DNA of 64,000 nt. Source: Octopus sinensis (lineage: Eukaryota). The stretch lies in contig NC_043015.1 in NCBI RefSeq assembly GCF_006345805.1, forward strand, positions 26,660,001-26,724,000, read 5' to 3'. The notes below the pieces were generated by a model that searched no databases, was not told the DNA's origin, and was given only the letters and a program-made list of their open reading frames with translations. Shown here piece after piece: positions 38,758 through 53,798 of this stretch. How positions within the stretch are numbered: position 1 is the stretch's first letter; the number at the start of each line of letters is the position of its first letter. The translations under genes and the position numbers were made by a program.

Positions 38758-38794
38758 GGAAAAATATTTATATCTTTATATGTTAATTTGTGGG

Positions 38795-38868
38795 GCTCCC
38801 GCTGATGAGGAATTCGCCAAACAAATTGTTTTATTTGTTAATTGAAGTTCGAAATCTAGGTCGGAGAG
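38795..38868 (+). ncRNA. Degenerate type I hammerhead candidate
   Basis: CUGAUGA, stem II GGAAUUC/GAAGUUC, GAAA, AUCUAGGU, GUC triplet; stem I CUCC/GGAG needs a 2-nt bulge. Confidence 0.5.
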
Positions 38869-39073
38869 ATAAATATTGTAATTATTTTTTATTCCCTTCT
38901 AAATTACTCTTAACCGTGGTTTGGACTTTGACTTTTCCTCCTAGCATGTAACTTGTCCTGTTAGAGTCACTTCTTTTGTGTTTAAATGTACACTACATAT
39001 ATATTTATATATATATATATCATGTACGTGTGTGTGTGTGTGTGTGTGTGTGTGAGTCTGTGTGTGTGCGTGA

Positions 39074-39106
<33 letters not shown>

Positions 39107-39174
39107 GTTGTGTGTGCATAGTAGTAATGGAAACAAAGAGATGAGTACTGAAAGAACAAGTGTTATGTAATGAA

Positions 39175-39470
39175 CTTCATTTGCTTACAGCTATAAAATC
39201 TGGTGAACTCATAGTTCTGTATCAGGATAACATTCTATAGCTTCATCAGAGCCTTGAACATGAAGTAGACTTTTTCTACCATTAGGACAGAATTTTGCGT
39301 AGCAGTCAGCATATACTTTCTCACTCATAACGCCTCTATGTTCTGAAAATGTAACTTTCCCAAATGGAGTGCACGTCATCTGCGAGGATCCGATGAGACC
39401 ATAGGATGTTATCCTGGTACTCAAGTAAGAGTTCACCAGAATCCTGTAGCAGAAACATCTATAAGCTATT
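39175..39470. mobile_element. Inverted pair of pLTR/HHR copies of the 15974 family
   Basis: 39175-39253 (-) has CUGAUGA but lacks agaaacagc; 39383-39470 (+) has CCGAUGA..GAAAC with decayed stems. Confidence 0.7.
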
Positions 39471-39750
39471 GTCATTAAATAATATTTGATTTTACCGCTG
39501 TCATCTCTGTTTCTGTTACCACTTCATACTCATCTAGCATTGTATTCTGGGTGATATGTATATTAAGTTCTGCACCAGGTTATTAATCTCGCTATGCATA
39601 ACCGAGATATTAATACACACACACACGCACACAAACATTTATATATATGCTTTCGGTGCGAATGATTTTTTTATTACAATTGCCGTGATTTACAATCATG
39701 TAAATAACAATATGGTATCTTTATATAAGCTTAAAGCGTATATAAAAATA

Positions 39751-39807
<57 letters not shown>

Positions 39808-39826
39808 TATATATATTATATATATA

Positions 39827-40696
39827 TAGGTAAACGTTAAAAAAACACAAAACTGGGACAAGAACGTGATGAACATTTTGAAGACGACAAAAAAAACAAA
39901 CAGAAGCTCTCAGTCATCAGCAAGAACCAGATCATCTTCGCAATTTCGGCTGATTAATCTTGAGATTGCTCCAATCTGGGCAGCCCGCCAAGGGAAATCT
40001 AAGCCCAATCGCATTAGATTCCTTGGAAGAAAACCTCGAAAGTATACAACACGGTGACGGAAAAAACAGACGATGTTACTCGAAAAAAAATTCAAAAATA
40101 CGTAAAAACAATAAAGATAGCACGGATAAAAATACAAAATAACGTAAAAACAATCATAACAAACCAGGACGTCAGGACAAGCGTCTTTCGACAGGACGAG
40201 TGAGTATAGGCTGGCTGTGGAACAAGTGCCGAAGGCAAACGGAGCACAAACACATACGTGTGGTCACGCCAACTACTTGATGCGAAGGCAGTAGTTAGCT
40301 AGCTGGTCACGTGAGCACAAAAAGGAGAAAGGGACAGATGAAGAGAGAAGCAGGAGAGGGAAAGGGTCAGGTCAAGTGGGGTATAAGGTCTGAGAGGCAG
40401 AGAAATGTGGGAGAGGAGGGGACGGAGGAGAGAGAAAGAAAGAAAGAAGGGGAACAAGGGAGGAGAAGAAAAAGAGGGAAAGAGACAGAACAAGGGAGTG
40501 AAAAGGGTGTGAAGCAGAGAAAGTAGGAGAGGGGGGGAAAAGAGACAGTGTAGTCGAGTCGTACCAATGTTAGAGAGTAATATACTTACAGTATAGGGTT
40601 AAAAGGTAGGATACGTAGCCGCCATGTAATATAGGTAAACGTTAAAAAAACACAAACTGGGACAAGAACGTGAAACATTTTGAAGACGACAAAAAA

Positions 40697-40698
<2 letters not shown>
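39827..40698. mobile_element. Non-coding element bounded by ~70-bp direct repeats (805-bp period); pLTR-like arrangement
   Basis: taggtaaacgttaaaaaa..ctgggacaagaacgtga..acattttgaagacgacaaaaaaa at 39827 and 40632; hairpin at 39988-40026. Confidence 0.65.
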
Positions 40699-40739
<41 letters not shown>

Positions 40740-40807
40740 TATGTATATATATATATATGTGTGTGTGTACATACATACATACATACATACATACATGCAT
40801 ACATACA

Positions 40808-41360
40808 TGGTGGCTTCCTCCTCGTTATCGAGTATTGCCATTGCACGAAGCATAATCAATGTTGTTATCGTGCAATGCCTGTGCAAGAAGATTTTTTTTA
40901 AAGTGAGGAAAGGCTGTGCACTGAGTCAATCCCACTCACTAAGCAACAGCAGCCATAATCCGAAAAGAAGAACAAGTCAACATCATCGGTAACCACTGAG
41001 CCGCAGGTTTTATGTCGGAGTTATCCCAGTTACCCGAGTTGCCTTCTCCTAGAAGGATGCCCTAACAAAGGCTAGGAGTCCTTCACTCCCAATGGTTTAA
41101 CCGCGCGATCGAGTATTCAGTCCGATTATTTCTATGTCCCTGCGCATGATACAGCCTTAAGACATTTATTGGATGGCCGTTGACTCTCGAGAGTTCCTCC
41201 GCCCTTTGACGAGTTTTGTTTTTCATCCCGCAGGGTTTCCAATAATCATCCTCCTCACCAAGCAAGCTTGGTGGGGATGCCGGTTTATTCGCCGACAACC
41301 TGACCATGCAACAGGTTGTAATGAGTTACATGTTACCAGTAGCACTCGAGAGTGACTTGA
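40808..41360 (-). mobile_element. RTE-type LINE 5' UTR fragment
   Basis: Contains gggcatccttctaggagaaggcaactc (RTE 5' UTR-like block) and a 34-nt block 28/34 identical to 3931-3964. Confidence 0.6.
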
Positions 41361-41879
41361 CATACATACATACATACGTACATACATACATACATACATA
41401 TATAAATCTAAAGTATACACCTGGTAGTATGCCGATTAAAGTACGTTCAGTGTCTATGGCTGATGTCATCCACCGTATTGATATAAATGCCATTTAACGT
41501 ACTACATCAGGAATTCTTCAGCGTTCGTCGAGTACGTAACAAATGAGAGAAACAGAAAATGAAATTCATGAAACGTTCGTCACGAATTCCATGTTCCGTT
41601 TCTCTCATTTGTCATATATATGTGTATATGTAACATAAATATGTACAAATATATATATATATACATACATGCTTGAGTGGGCTGATGTGTGTGTTTGTAT
41701 ATACACTTTTGTAATTTATTGCTTAGCAAATCAACAAGAACTTTTGCACACATACATATATACTTACATACACACATACATACATACATACATACATACA
41801 TACATACATACATACATACATACATACATACATACATACAAGCATATATGTACATACATTTATATTTTCATATATATAT

Positions 41880-42455
41880 TGTAGGGACGATGTGCTACTG
41901 GGGATTGTCGTAATTCTTGAGATCTCCTGCTTCTCCCAATGTTCACTGGTTGGAAATCTTAACGCGTCACAAACCAATCTTGTCAACCATTCATGCTCTT
42001 CCCTTAAATATTCTGCTACAATCATCGCTGATAAGTGACCCACTGCTTGAATTCTGACGATTCTTGATTTGCCCCTGAAAAGATGCTTCAATGTGTTCTT
42101 GTGGTCTTCATCCAACTTATTTTCAGTTTACCTTGCTAGCATCCTCTTCTGAATAGCGTGCCGATCAGAGGAGAAAGACTTAACAGCCAGGCAAGGAAAA
42201 GCCCAGAAACATCTGAGCATAATGTCTTTTTGACTGGGATAATGTGGTACTTGGCTGAGAATCAACTGCTAACCGAGTCCTACATTCCTTAGACGCAGGT
42301 TCACAAGCAAACATTTGCGAACCTGGCAGAAGACATGTATTCACGTAGAGATTACCTGTGACTGAAGATTTTGCCCTGACGCCCAATAGTCAAATCTAGG
42401 TGCTCGATTATTTATAAGCGAAACAGTTGCAAGCTAATGAAGGTGATTGGATATC
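41880..42455 (+). mobile_element. Degenerate Penelope GIY-YIG end plus 3' half of an HHR
   Basis: FSLPC..., FDWDNVVL-like motif; gaaacagttgcaagctaatgaag matches the 3' half of the 15974 family. Confidence 0.45.
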
Positions 42456-42816
42456 TCCTGTTAGCTTATCATATATATATGTTTGTGTGTTTGTGTGTGT
42501 GTGCATTTATGTGTATGCGCGCTTGTGTGAGTATCTGAATGTAGAAAAGTATGTATGTATGTAAGTATATATGTATGTGTGCAAAACGTCCTGTTGATTT
42601 ACTAAGCAATAAATTACAAAACTGTATTTGCAAACACACGCATCAGCCCACTCATGTGTGTGTGTGTATGTTTTTATACATGTTCATGCAAAATACACAC
42701 ATACCACAAGCTCACATACATGCATGTCTTTTATCTATTCATTTTTCTCTATGCATCTACATATTTATTCATATATGTACAAATACATATGCATTCATGC
42801 ATATATGTGTATGAAC

Positions 42817-42883
<67 letters not shown>

Positions 42884-43838
42884 CATATTCATACATACAT
42901 ATATATATATTATATATACATACTGACATATACATTGATATGTGCATGCATATATATGTATGTATCTATATACACATATATGTATATATAATTGAAAAAC
43001 TTTGGCGTCAACGAGGTGTATGGTTGGACATTTATCTTCAATCACTAGAATTGTTTCTACACAAAGTATTCTTCAGGTGTGCAGGTACTTAATTATGCAG
43101 TCGTTTCCCTGGATTATGGGATCTCGTTGTGTTTCTTCGGGCGATATATAAGTCTGTAAGTTCAAATTCTCAGCTTCAAGACATCCTTTGTCTATGCCGT
43201 GGAGTTAGAAGTAGCCACTGAGTTTATCAAATGTGTGTCGTTTGTGGTGAAGGGCCGTTGGAAAATTGCTTTGGATGTGAAAAGGTAGTGCGTTGGTGAT
43301 TCTGCAACTGTTAAAGTGGTTGCCGTTTTAAAAGGATTGCTATCTTATTTCTTTGTACTGCTGGTTTGTTCTTCATGGTTGGTTACTAATGCGATTGTCC
43401 TTCGCTAGCCTTTAAGAATACGCCCACACATATACATACATGGTCGTCCACATATAGATCCAAATACATACTACCGCTTGGACATATACACACACGCACA
43501 CACACATACATACATATATACACTCACACACACACATAAAGACGGATATGTACACGCACTCACATACATATATACAAATAAACACATACATACTCACACA
43601 CAACTACACACACATATACACGTAGATACATCAATCCATGCAAACTAAACACGAGGACAGGCACGCATACGTATATAGAGAAATACAACCAATTATCTGT
43701 TCACACATGACAGAAGCCCGAACGGAAACCTGGAAGTTTGATATTACTACTGGATAGCACAGGGTGACATCTGAAGGTGGACGAGCTTTATACTGCACTC
43801 TTCTACGTTCTTCACAGATTATACCGTAACTATGTATG

Positions 43839-46813
<2,975 letters not shown>

Positions 46814-46840
46814 AAGATAGATAGATAGATAGATAGATAG

Positions 46841-46893
<53 letters not shown>

Positions 46894-46967
46894 TGTATTT
46901 ATATATAAATATATATGTACATACACACACTCATACACACACACACACACGTGTGTGTGTGTATACA

Positions 46968-47121
46968 AGGCACAGACGTTGTTGTTTGGTAAAAAGCTTG
47001 CTTGCTAACCACATAGTTCCGAGTTCAGTGGCACCTTGAGCAAGCGTCTTCTACTATAGCCTCAGGCCGACCAAAGACATGTAAGTGCATTTGGTTGACG
47101 GAAACTGAAAGAAGCCTGTCG

Positions 47122-47207
<86 letters not shown>

Positions 47208-47503
47208 GTGTGTGTGTGTGTGTGTTTGGGGGTGCGTGTGTGTATGTGTGTGTGTGTGTCTGTGTCTGTGTCTGTTTATGTGTGTGTGTGTGTGTGTGTT
47301 TTTCCCCAAACATCGCTTGACACTTGATGTTGGTGTGTTTACGCCCCCATAATCTAGTGGTTCGGCAAAAAGTAAACTATAGAATAAGAAAAAGGCTTAC
47401 AAAGAATAAATCCTGTGGTCGGTTTCTTCTTCGGCTAAAAGAACCCCCAGAAGGCGGTGCTCGAGCACCGACGCAGCCAAATGACTGAAACAAATAAAAG
47501 AAA
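46968..47503 (+). mobile_element. Full-length octopus-type SINE with expanded internal (TA)n(GT)n
   Basis: Head, body and tail match the 19348 copy. Confidence 0.85.
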
Positions 47504-47506
47504 ACG

Positions 47507-48396
47507 GACGTGATGGAGCTCAAAAGAAACCGGAATTCTGTAATATTACTTCATTCTTTTATTCTTACCTGTTTACACATTTATCACCTTTAAATTATTC
47601 TCCATTTGGAGCAAAGTATCGGTCCACACGTGTTTCCCACTCTTCGGAATAGTCCTGGAACTTTTGCGAAATGATGCTTTTTAACGCTTCCGTCGTTTTC
47701 TTCTTCATCCATTTCACATCAGCAAGTTCGTTTCCTTTAAGGACATCTTCATTCGGAGTAACCAAAAAAGTAGCAGGGGTGGGGGGAAGATCGGGGGGAT
47801 AGGGAGGGTGGGTAAGTGGGATCATGCGAGGCACAAATTTTGCAGCATCTCTTTTCATTCACAAACCTTCGCTAAGAATTCATTGGCAAGCGCTCCAGGA
47901 CACACCAGTCATATCAACAAGTTCGTCAACTTTTCGGCAACCGTCCTCTTAGAAAAGTTCATGTATTTTCGTGATGTTTTCATTTGTTAGGTAGCTTGAC
48001 GATCGCCCTGAAAGACGGTGGTCTTCAAAGAAAAGCGACCGTTCCTAAAGGGTGGAAAACCACTCGTAAACTTGAGTTTTGCTCATGGCAGCGTACTTGT
48101 AAGCTGATTGAAGCATGACAACTGTTTCCGCCAGCGTTTTGCTGTGCAAAAAACAGAATTTCACGGAGGCTTGCTGGTCCTTCGTTTTGTCCATCGCAAA
48201 AATCGACAAACAGGGGAGAAGTACTGCAAAATAAAGACACATCACATGGCATTACGACGTCACATGCTGACACCTGAACAGCAGACTGATGCCTGAGGGT
48301 AGCATCAAGTGACCTCTAGCGGCTGAAGTTTGAAATACAACGGGAGAACGTTTACCACAGAGAACGTTTCCGGTTACTTTTGGCTATCCTCTCATA
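47507..48396 (-). mobile_element. Internally deleted mariner transposon
   Basis: N-terminus VKFCF..KTLAETVVML..KTQVYEWF; linker AKFVPR fused to HPPYPPDL C-terminus; degenerate TIRs sharing caaaag(a/t)aaccggaa. Confidence 0.88.
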
Positions 48397-48427
48397 CATA
48401 TGTGCGTGGGTCTGTGTATGTGTGTGT

Positions 48428-48588
48428 AGGCGCAAGCGTGGCTGTGTGGTAAGAAACGTGCTTCCTTACCAAACGCTCCCGGGCTCACTCCCACTGTGCG
48501 GTACCTTGGGTATGTATCTTTTACTATAGCCATAGACCAACCAAAATCTTGTGAGTGGATTTGGTACACAGAAACGTAAAGAAGCCCT
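48428..48588 (+). mobile_element. SINE head
   Basis: aggcgcaagcgtggctgtgtggtaag...gtgagtggatttgg..gaagccc. Confidence 0.8.
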
Positions 48589-48668
<80 letters not shown>

Positions 48669-49800
48669 ATATATACATATCTCTTATGATAAAAGGCATA
48701 TTTTCCCTGCCTGTTCCCATGTTCTTTTTTAATACAATTCTACAATATAGAATTTCTTCAATTGGAATTTACCTATGATTTTTCGAAGTAGATTCGATTG
48801 GGTCATGGCATATCAAGTTTTTCAATTTGACCCCCAATTAAGCAAAAATTCGAGAAAACTCAATATTTTACGATTTGCCTCTCTCATTTCAAGTGGTTTA
48901 CTCCTGCTAATACCACCACACATTCTCCTACTTTCGCTTTGCAAGTGTGAAACTATTAAAGTAAAAGTATTATATAACAGGGATGAGCCATTAATAGTGG
49001 TCATCCTTTTTGCTAGAGGAAGATCCGCTATGGTCTTATATGCTACACCACTCGTTTTCAATTCATATTAATCAAATTAATATTCAATTTTTCATACTTA
49101 TTATGTGTGAGTGTGTGTGTATTAGCAATTCGTATACAATTGCATCAATGACTTCAACTTGAATAAGTGGTTTCACATAAATGGGGATAAATTAAAAAGG
49201 TTTGTTGTTATTATTATTACTGTTTGACTATTGTAATCACGTTCCTCGTCAGGGAAACGTTGTTGTGTTGCATTTGTTAAATAATTGTAAACCGTAACCC
49301 TCCCCCTTTCGGAGAAGGGGCTTTGGTTATTGTTTAAAAATTGAATTGTGTCCCTGTTTGGGAAAATTGACAATATTTTCACCGTCTTTACGGAAGCATT
49401 TTTGTTAAAATGCCTTCGATAGAAGAAAGTCCAAAAATGAATTTCGCTGCAGCCGTACACTTCTATACAAGAGGGAGGACAAGATCCAATTGATCTAAAT
49501 TACAAGAGGCGGGCCTACAATTCCAGTCTGTTATATATTTTGAGTATTGTTATCACTAGCGATATCAAGATATAACTTTGTATTTTGTATTTTATGTGTA
49601 GATGTATATATATAGATGTACATGTAATATGTACACATATATATACATGCATAATATATATATATATGCATAATATATACATGCATAATATATACATGCA
49701 TATATACATATATACATATATACATGCATAATATACATGCATAATATATACATGCATAATATATCTACCCATACACACATACGCACACACACACATACAT

Positions 49801-49940
49801 AGGGGCAGGTGTGGCTGTGTGGTAACAAACTACGTTCCAAACACATGGTCCTGGGTTCAGTCCCACTGTGTGGTGACTTGGCATGTGTCTTCTGCTGTAG
49901 CTTCAGACCAACAAAAGCCTTCTCAGTGGATTTTGTACAT
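49801..49940 (+). mobile_element. SINE head
   Basis: aggggcaggtgtggctgtgtggtaa..gggttcagtcccactg. Confidence 0.8.
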
Positions 49941-49994
49941 ATATACAGGCATACATACATATATATACATGCATACGTACATATTCGGCATAAA

Positions 49995-51743
49995 CACTCT
50001 ACCACTACAACTAATAACTGTTGGGAACACTTTCAAACCTGCCTTGCATTCGAACCGGAATCTCAAAAACATTGTTCCCTTCAGCACCGGAAGGTATCAG
50101 CAATGAAATCTATAACAAAACACTCATTGACGTTGAAGACAGAATTGCTAAACTGGGTGGAAATGAATTGTCGACGTATGGCCTGCCACAAGCAGTCAGG
50201 TCAGGGTCAAATAGCCTTTCCCCTGCTGTCATTCGTGAAACAACTTACGACACTCAAGCGCTTTCAAAGTACATTGTTGAAAATGAGCCTAAATTACTTC
50301 CGGACCAGCTGCAGGCCTACAGAACTATTCTTAACAGTATACGCCAACGCGAGGGACGAATATTCTTCCTCGATGCTCCTGGTGGGACAGGAAAAACATT
50401 TATTACAAAGCTTCTCCTTGCAGAAGTTACGTAGCATCAGGACATTGCAGTAGCTGTAGCCTCCTCTGGCATTGCAGCTACTTTGTTACCCGGTGGCAAG
50501 ACAGCACACTCAACTTTTAAACTCCCTCTCAATTTAGCAGCATCCGAAATGCCTTCATGCAACATCAACAAAAGCTCAGATCAGGGACAAATACTTAAAA
50601 TGTGTCACCTAGTTGTCTGGAATGAGTGCACTATGGCTCACAAGGGAGCTTTGGAAGCATTAGATAGAGCCCTGAAAGACATCCGAGACTGTCAGGCTCC
50701 AATCGGAGGTTTAACGCTTCTGTTGTCAGGTGATTTCAGGCAAACTCTTCCTGTCATTCCGAAAGGCACTAGAGCTGATGAAGTTCAAGCATGCCTAAAG
50801 TCCTCTACCCTGTGGCACCATGTTACAATCTTTAGTCTCACCACTAACATGAGAGCTCAGCTACACGACGACAAAATGTCCACAAAGTTTGCACAGGACA
50901 TTTTGACACTTGGTGAAGGCAAGATGCCTCTCGATGCTGCAGGACAAATGGAAGTGTGGTCATTTTCCTCTATTGTTAATTCTGTAGATGACCTCAAAAA
51001 CAAAGTCTTTCCCAACTTAACACAAAACTACCAAAATCACAATTGGCTGTGTGAAAGAGCAATATTAGCTCCAAAAAACGTCGCTGTTAACAAAATTAAT
51101 CAACAGCTAATGCATTCTCTTCCGGGCACTATACACACTTACAAGTCTGTTGATACAATTCCAGATATAAATGAAGTTGTGAACTATCCTCCTGAATTTC
51201 TCAATTCACTGGAGCCTCCTGGTCTACCTCCACACATATTACCACTTAAAGTTGGAACTCCTGTAATGCTACTCCGCAATCTGGAACCACCAAGACTTTG
51301 CAATGGAACACGACTGGTGATAAAGAAAATGATGTCACACGTTATCGAGGCGATCATTCTTTCTGGATGTGGAAAAGGTGATGACGTCTTTATTCCAAGA
51401 TTTCCTCTTACTCCATCAGGAGGAGAAATTCCATTACATTCAGAAGACTGCAATTCCCCCTTCGTGTCAGCTTTGCCATGTCCATTAATAAATCTCAGGG
51501 TCAAACCCTCTCTGTAGCTGGTCTTCTCTTGGAAGAGCCCTGCTTCTCGCATAGGCAACTGTATGTTGGCTGCTCAAGAGTAGGAACCAAAAGAAACCTT
51601 TTTGTATATGCTCCACAAGGAAAAACGAGGAACATTGTTTACAACGAGGTGTTATAATTTCAACAGCCAGGAGGTATATACGTGATCCCCTTTTTTTTAA
51701 CAAACTTCATGTACTTTCATGTATTTATATTAATATACATATA

Positions 51744-51776
<33 letters not shown>

Positions 51777-51778
51777 CC

Positions 51779-51810
<32 letters not shown>

Positions 51811-51877
51811 TATATATAACAGAAAAGTCTAATTCTTCTATTGAATCTAACCGGGCAACGCCGGGTATCTCTGCTAG
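49995..51877 (+). mobile_element. 5'-truncated autonomous-type Helitron
   Basis: Helicase ORFs followed by 3' terminus ccgggcaacgccgggtatctctgCTAG then T. Confidence 0.9.
50021..51657 (+). pseudogene. Helitron PIF1-like helicase
   Basis: Walker A DAPGGTGKT, VASSGIAA, GGKTAHS, SGDFRQTLPV, TTNMR, CNGTRL; one stop at ~50432 and frameshifts near the end. Confidence 0.93.
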
Positions 51878-51891
51878 TATATATATATATA

Positions 51892-51934
<43 letters not shown>

Positions 51935-51939
<5 letters not shown>

Positions 51940-53433
51940 CTTCCTGTCCCAGGTAGACATATTCCCTCACCTCCTCTATTTCATCACTGCCGATCACCAT
52001 TCGACCTGTTGGTACATTGTCTGACCGCATGAACTTTGTTTTCATGCGGTTCATCTTGAGACCTACTGCAGAACTTTTGATGTCGAGCTCCGTCAGCATG
52101 GTCTGAAGCTGATCCATGTATTCAGCGATGAGTACGATGTCGTCAGCGAAACGGAGGTGAGTGAGGAGCTCGCCATTGATGTTGACACCACATTGCCAGT
52201 CGATGCCCCTGATGATCTGTTCGAGACATGCAGTGAAAAGTTTTGGGGAGATTGTATCCCCTTGCTTCACTCCCTTCTCAACCGGCACTCGTATGGGTGA
52301 TGGCAGTAGAGCTATGTCGGTGGTGCATCCGGAATTTGCCTCTCTGAACAGCTGCACATATTGCGCTTCGATTCCTTGCCTCTGCATCGAGTTCAGCACT
52401 GCTTTGGTTTCGACGCTATCGAAGGCCTTCTCATAATCTATAAACGCAACGCAAAGAGGCAGCTTGTACTCATTTGCTCGCTCAAGCAGTTGCGTTAGAG
52501 TAAATATATGGTCCATTGTGCTGTAGTTCTCCCGGAAGCCTGCTTGTTCCCTCGGTAGTTGTTCGTCGAGACGACGTGACAACCTGTTCAGAATTATCTT
52601 TGTGAACAGCTTGTACACGTGAGACAGCAGGCATATGGGTCGGTAGTTTTTAGATCTTCTCTGTCGCCCTTCTTATACAGCAGGATGGTATTTGAATCTT
52701 TCCACTGCGAGGGAATTCTTCCCTCGTCTAGATAGTGCGTAAATCGCTCAGCGAGGATTTTCCAGAGCTACTCTCTGCCTGACTTTAGCACCTCCGATGT
52801 TATACCGTCTTTCCCTGGAGCCTTTCCGTTTTTCATCGAGCCGATGGCTCTTTCAACCTCACTGATAAGGATATCAAAAAGGAGATCTCACGGAGAGTAA
52901 GGGCCGGATGGAAGGCGTTCAATGGCATAAGGGATGTGCCCAAGGGAAGGTTGGACACGACCACCCGCTCCAACCTCATTAACAGTGCAGTTCTGCCTGC
53001 AATGTTATATGGTAGTGAAACATGGGCTACTACAAAGAGAGAAAATCAAAGACTGGTAACGGCTCAAAGAGCCATGGAAAGGTCAATGCTTGGTATCTCG
53101 TTGAGAGAGCACATAAGTAGCAAGCTGAGAGAGCACATAAGTTCGGCGTGAGAGATGTCATCGCAGAGTATACACGCAGCAAGTATAGATGGGCTGGACA
53201 CGTCGCCCGGCTCACCGATAATCGGTGGACGCACGCAATTGTCGAGTGGTACCCGCGTGAACGGAAAAGACCACCCGGAAGACCTCCACGACGGTGGAGT
53301 TACGATTTCAGGAGGACGATTGGGATCACGTGGATGAGAAAGGCGCGATCCAGAGAGGAGTGGACAGCGTGCTGTGACCAGCGGTGTCAAATGGACGCCT
53401 GACGGACTGGTCGGTCAAGGTGATCAGGGTGAT
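51935..53433. mobile_element. RTE-1-like LINE with 5' inversion: RT on minus (51935-52876), C-terminus and tail on plus (52881-53433)
   Basis: Minus: EQAGFR, IDYEKAFDSV, GVKQGDTISP, LRFADD, YVYLGQEVN. Plus: EISRRVRAGWKAF, MLYGSETW, RWAGHVAR, GRPPRRW, tail gtcaaggtgatcagggtgat. Confidence 0.92.
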
Positions 53434-53455
53434 ATATATATATATATAATATATA

Positions 53456-53486
<31 letters not shown>

Positions 53487-53557
53487 ATATATATATAATA
53501 TATATATGTATACATATATATAGATATAGATATATATATATATAACATATATATATA

Positions 53558-53659
53558 TGGGTCGAATGGCCTATTGAGGCCGTTCCTCAATTGTTGTTGA
53601 AAGTATATATATATATATGTGTGTGTGTGTATATATATATGTATATATATGTATATATG

Positions 53660-53709
<50 letters not shown>

Positions 53710-53724
53710 TACATACATATATAC

Positions 53725-53798
<74 letters not shown>

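Noticed and set aside
39900-39990. Hammerhead segments in a non-circularly permuted order (AUC site, GAAA, then CUGAUGA) on the minus strand
   Set aside because: Stem II base pair and stem I register do not fit, and short matches are plausible by chance
41281-41345. HDV-like ribozyme (hairpin followed by GGCGAAU) at the RTE 5' end
   Set aside because: P1, P2, P3 and L3 could not be assigned
43640-43830. GUGAAGA...AAAGCUCGUC hammerhead-like remnant
   Set aside because: Core and stems too decayed to call
48700-49500. Unique-looking sequence with 79-98 aa ORFs as possible host exons
   Set aside because: No recognisable domain or convincing splice pattern
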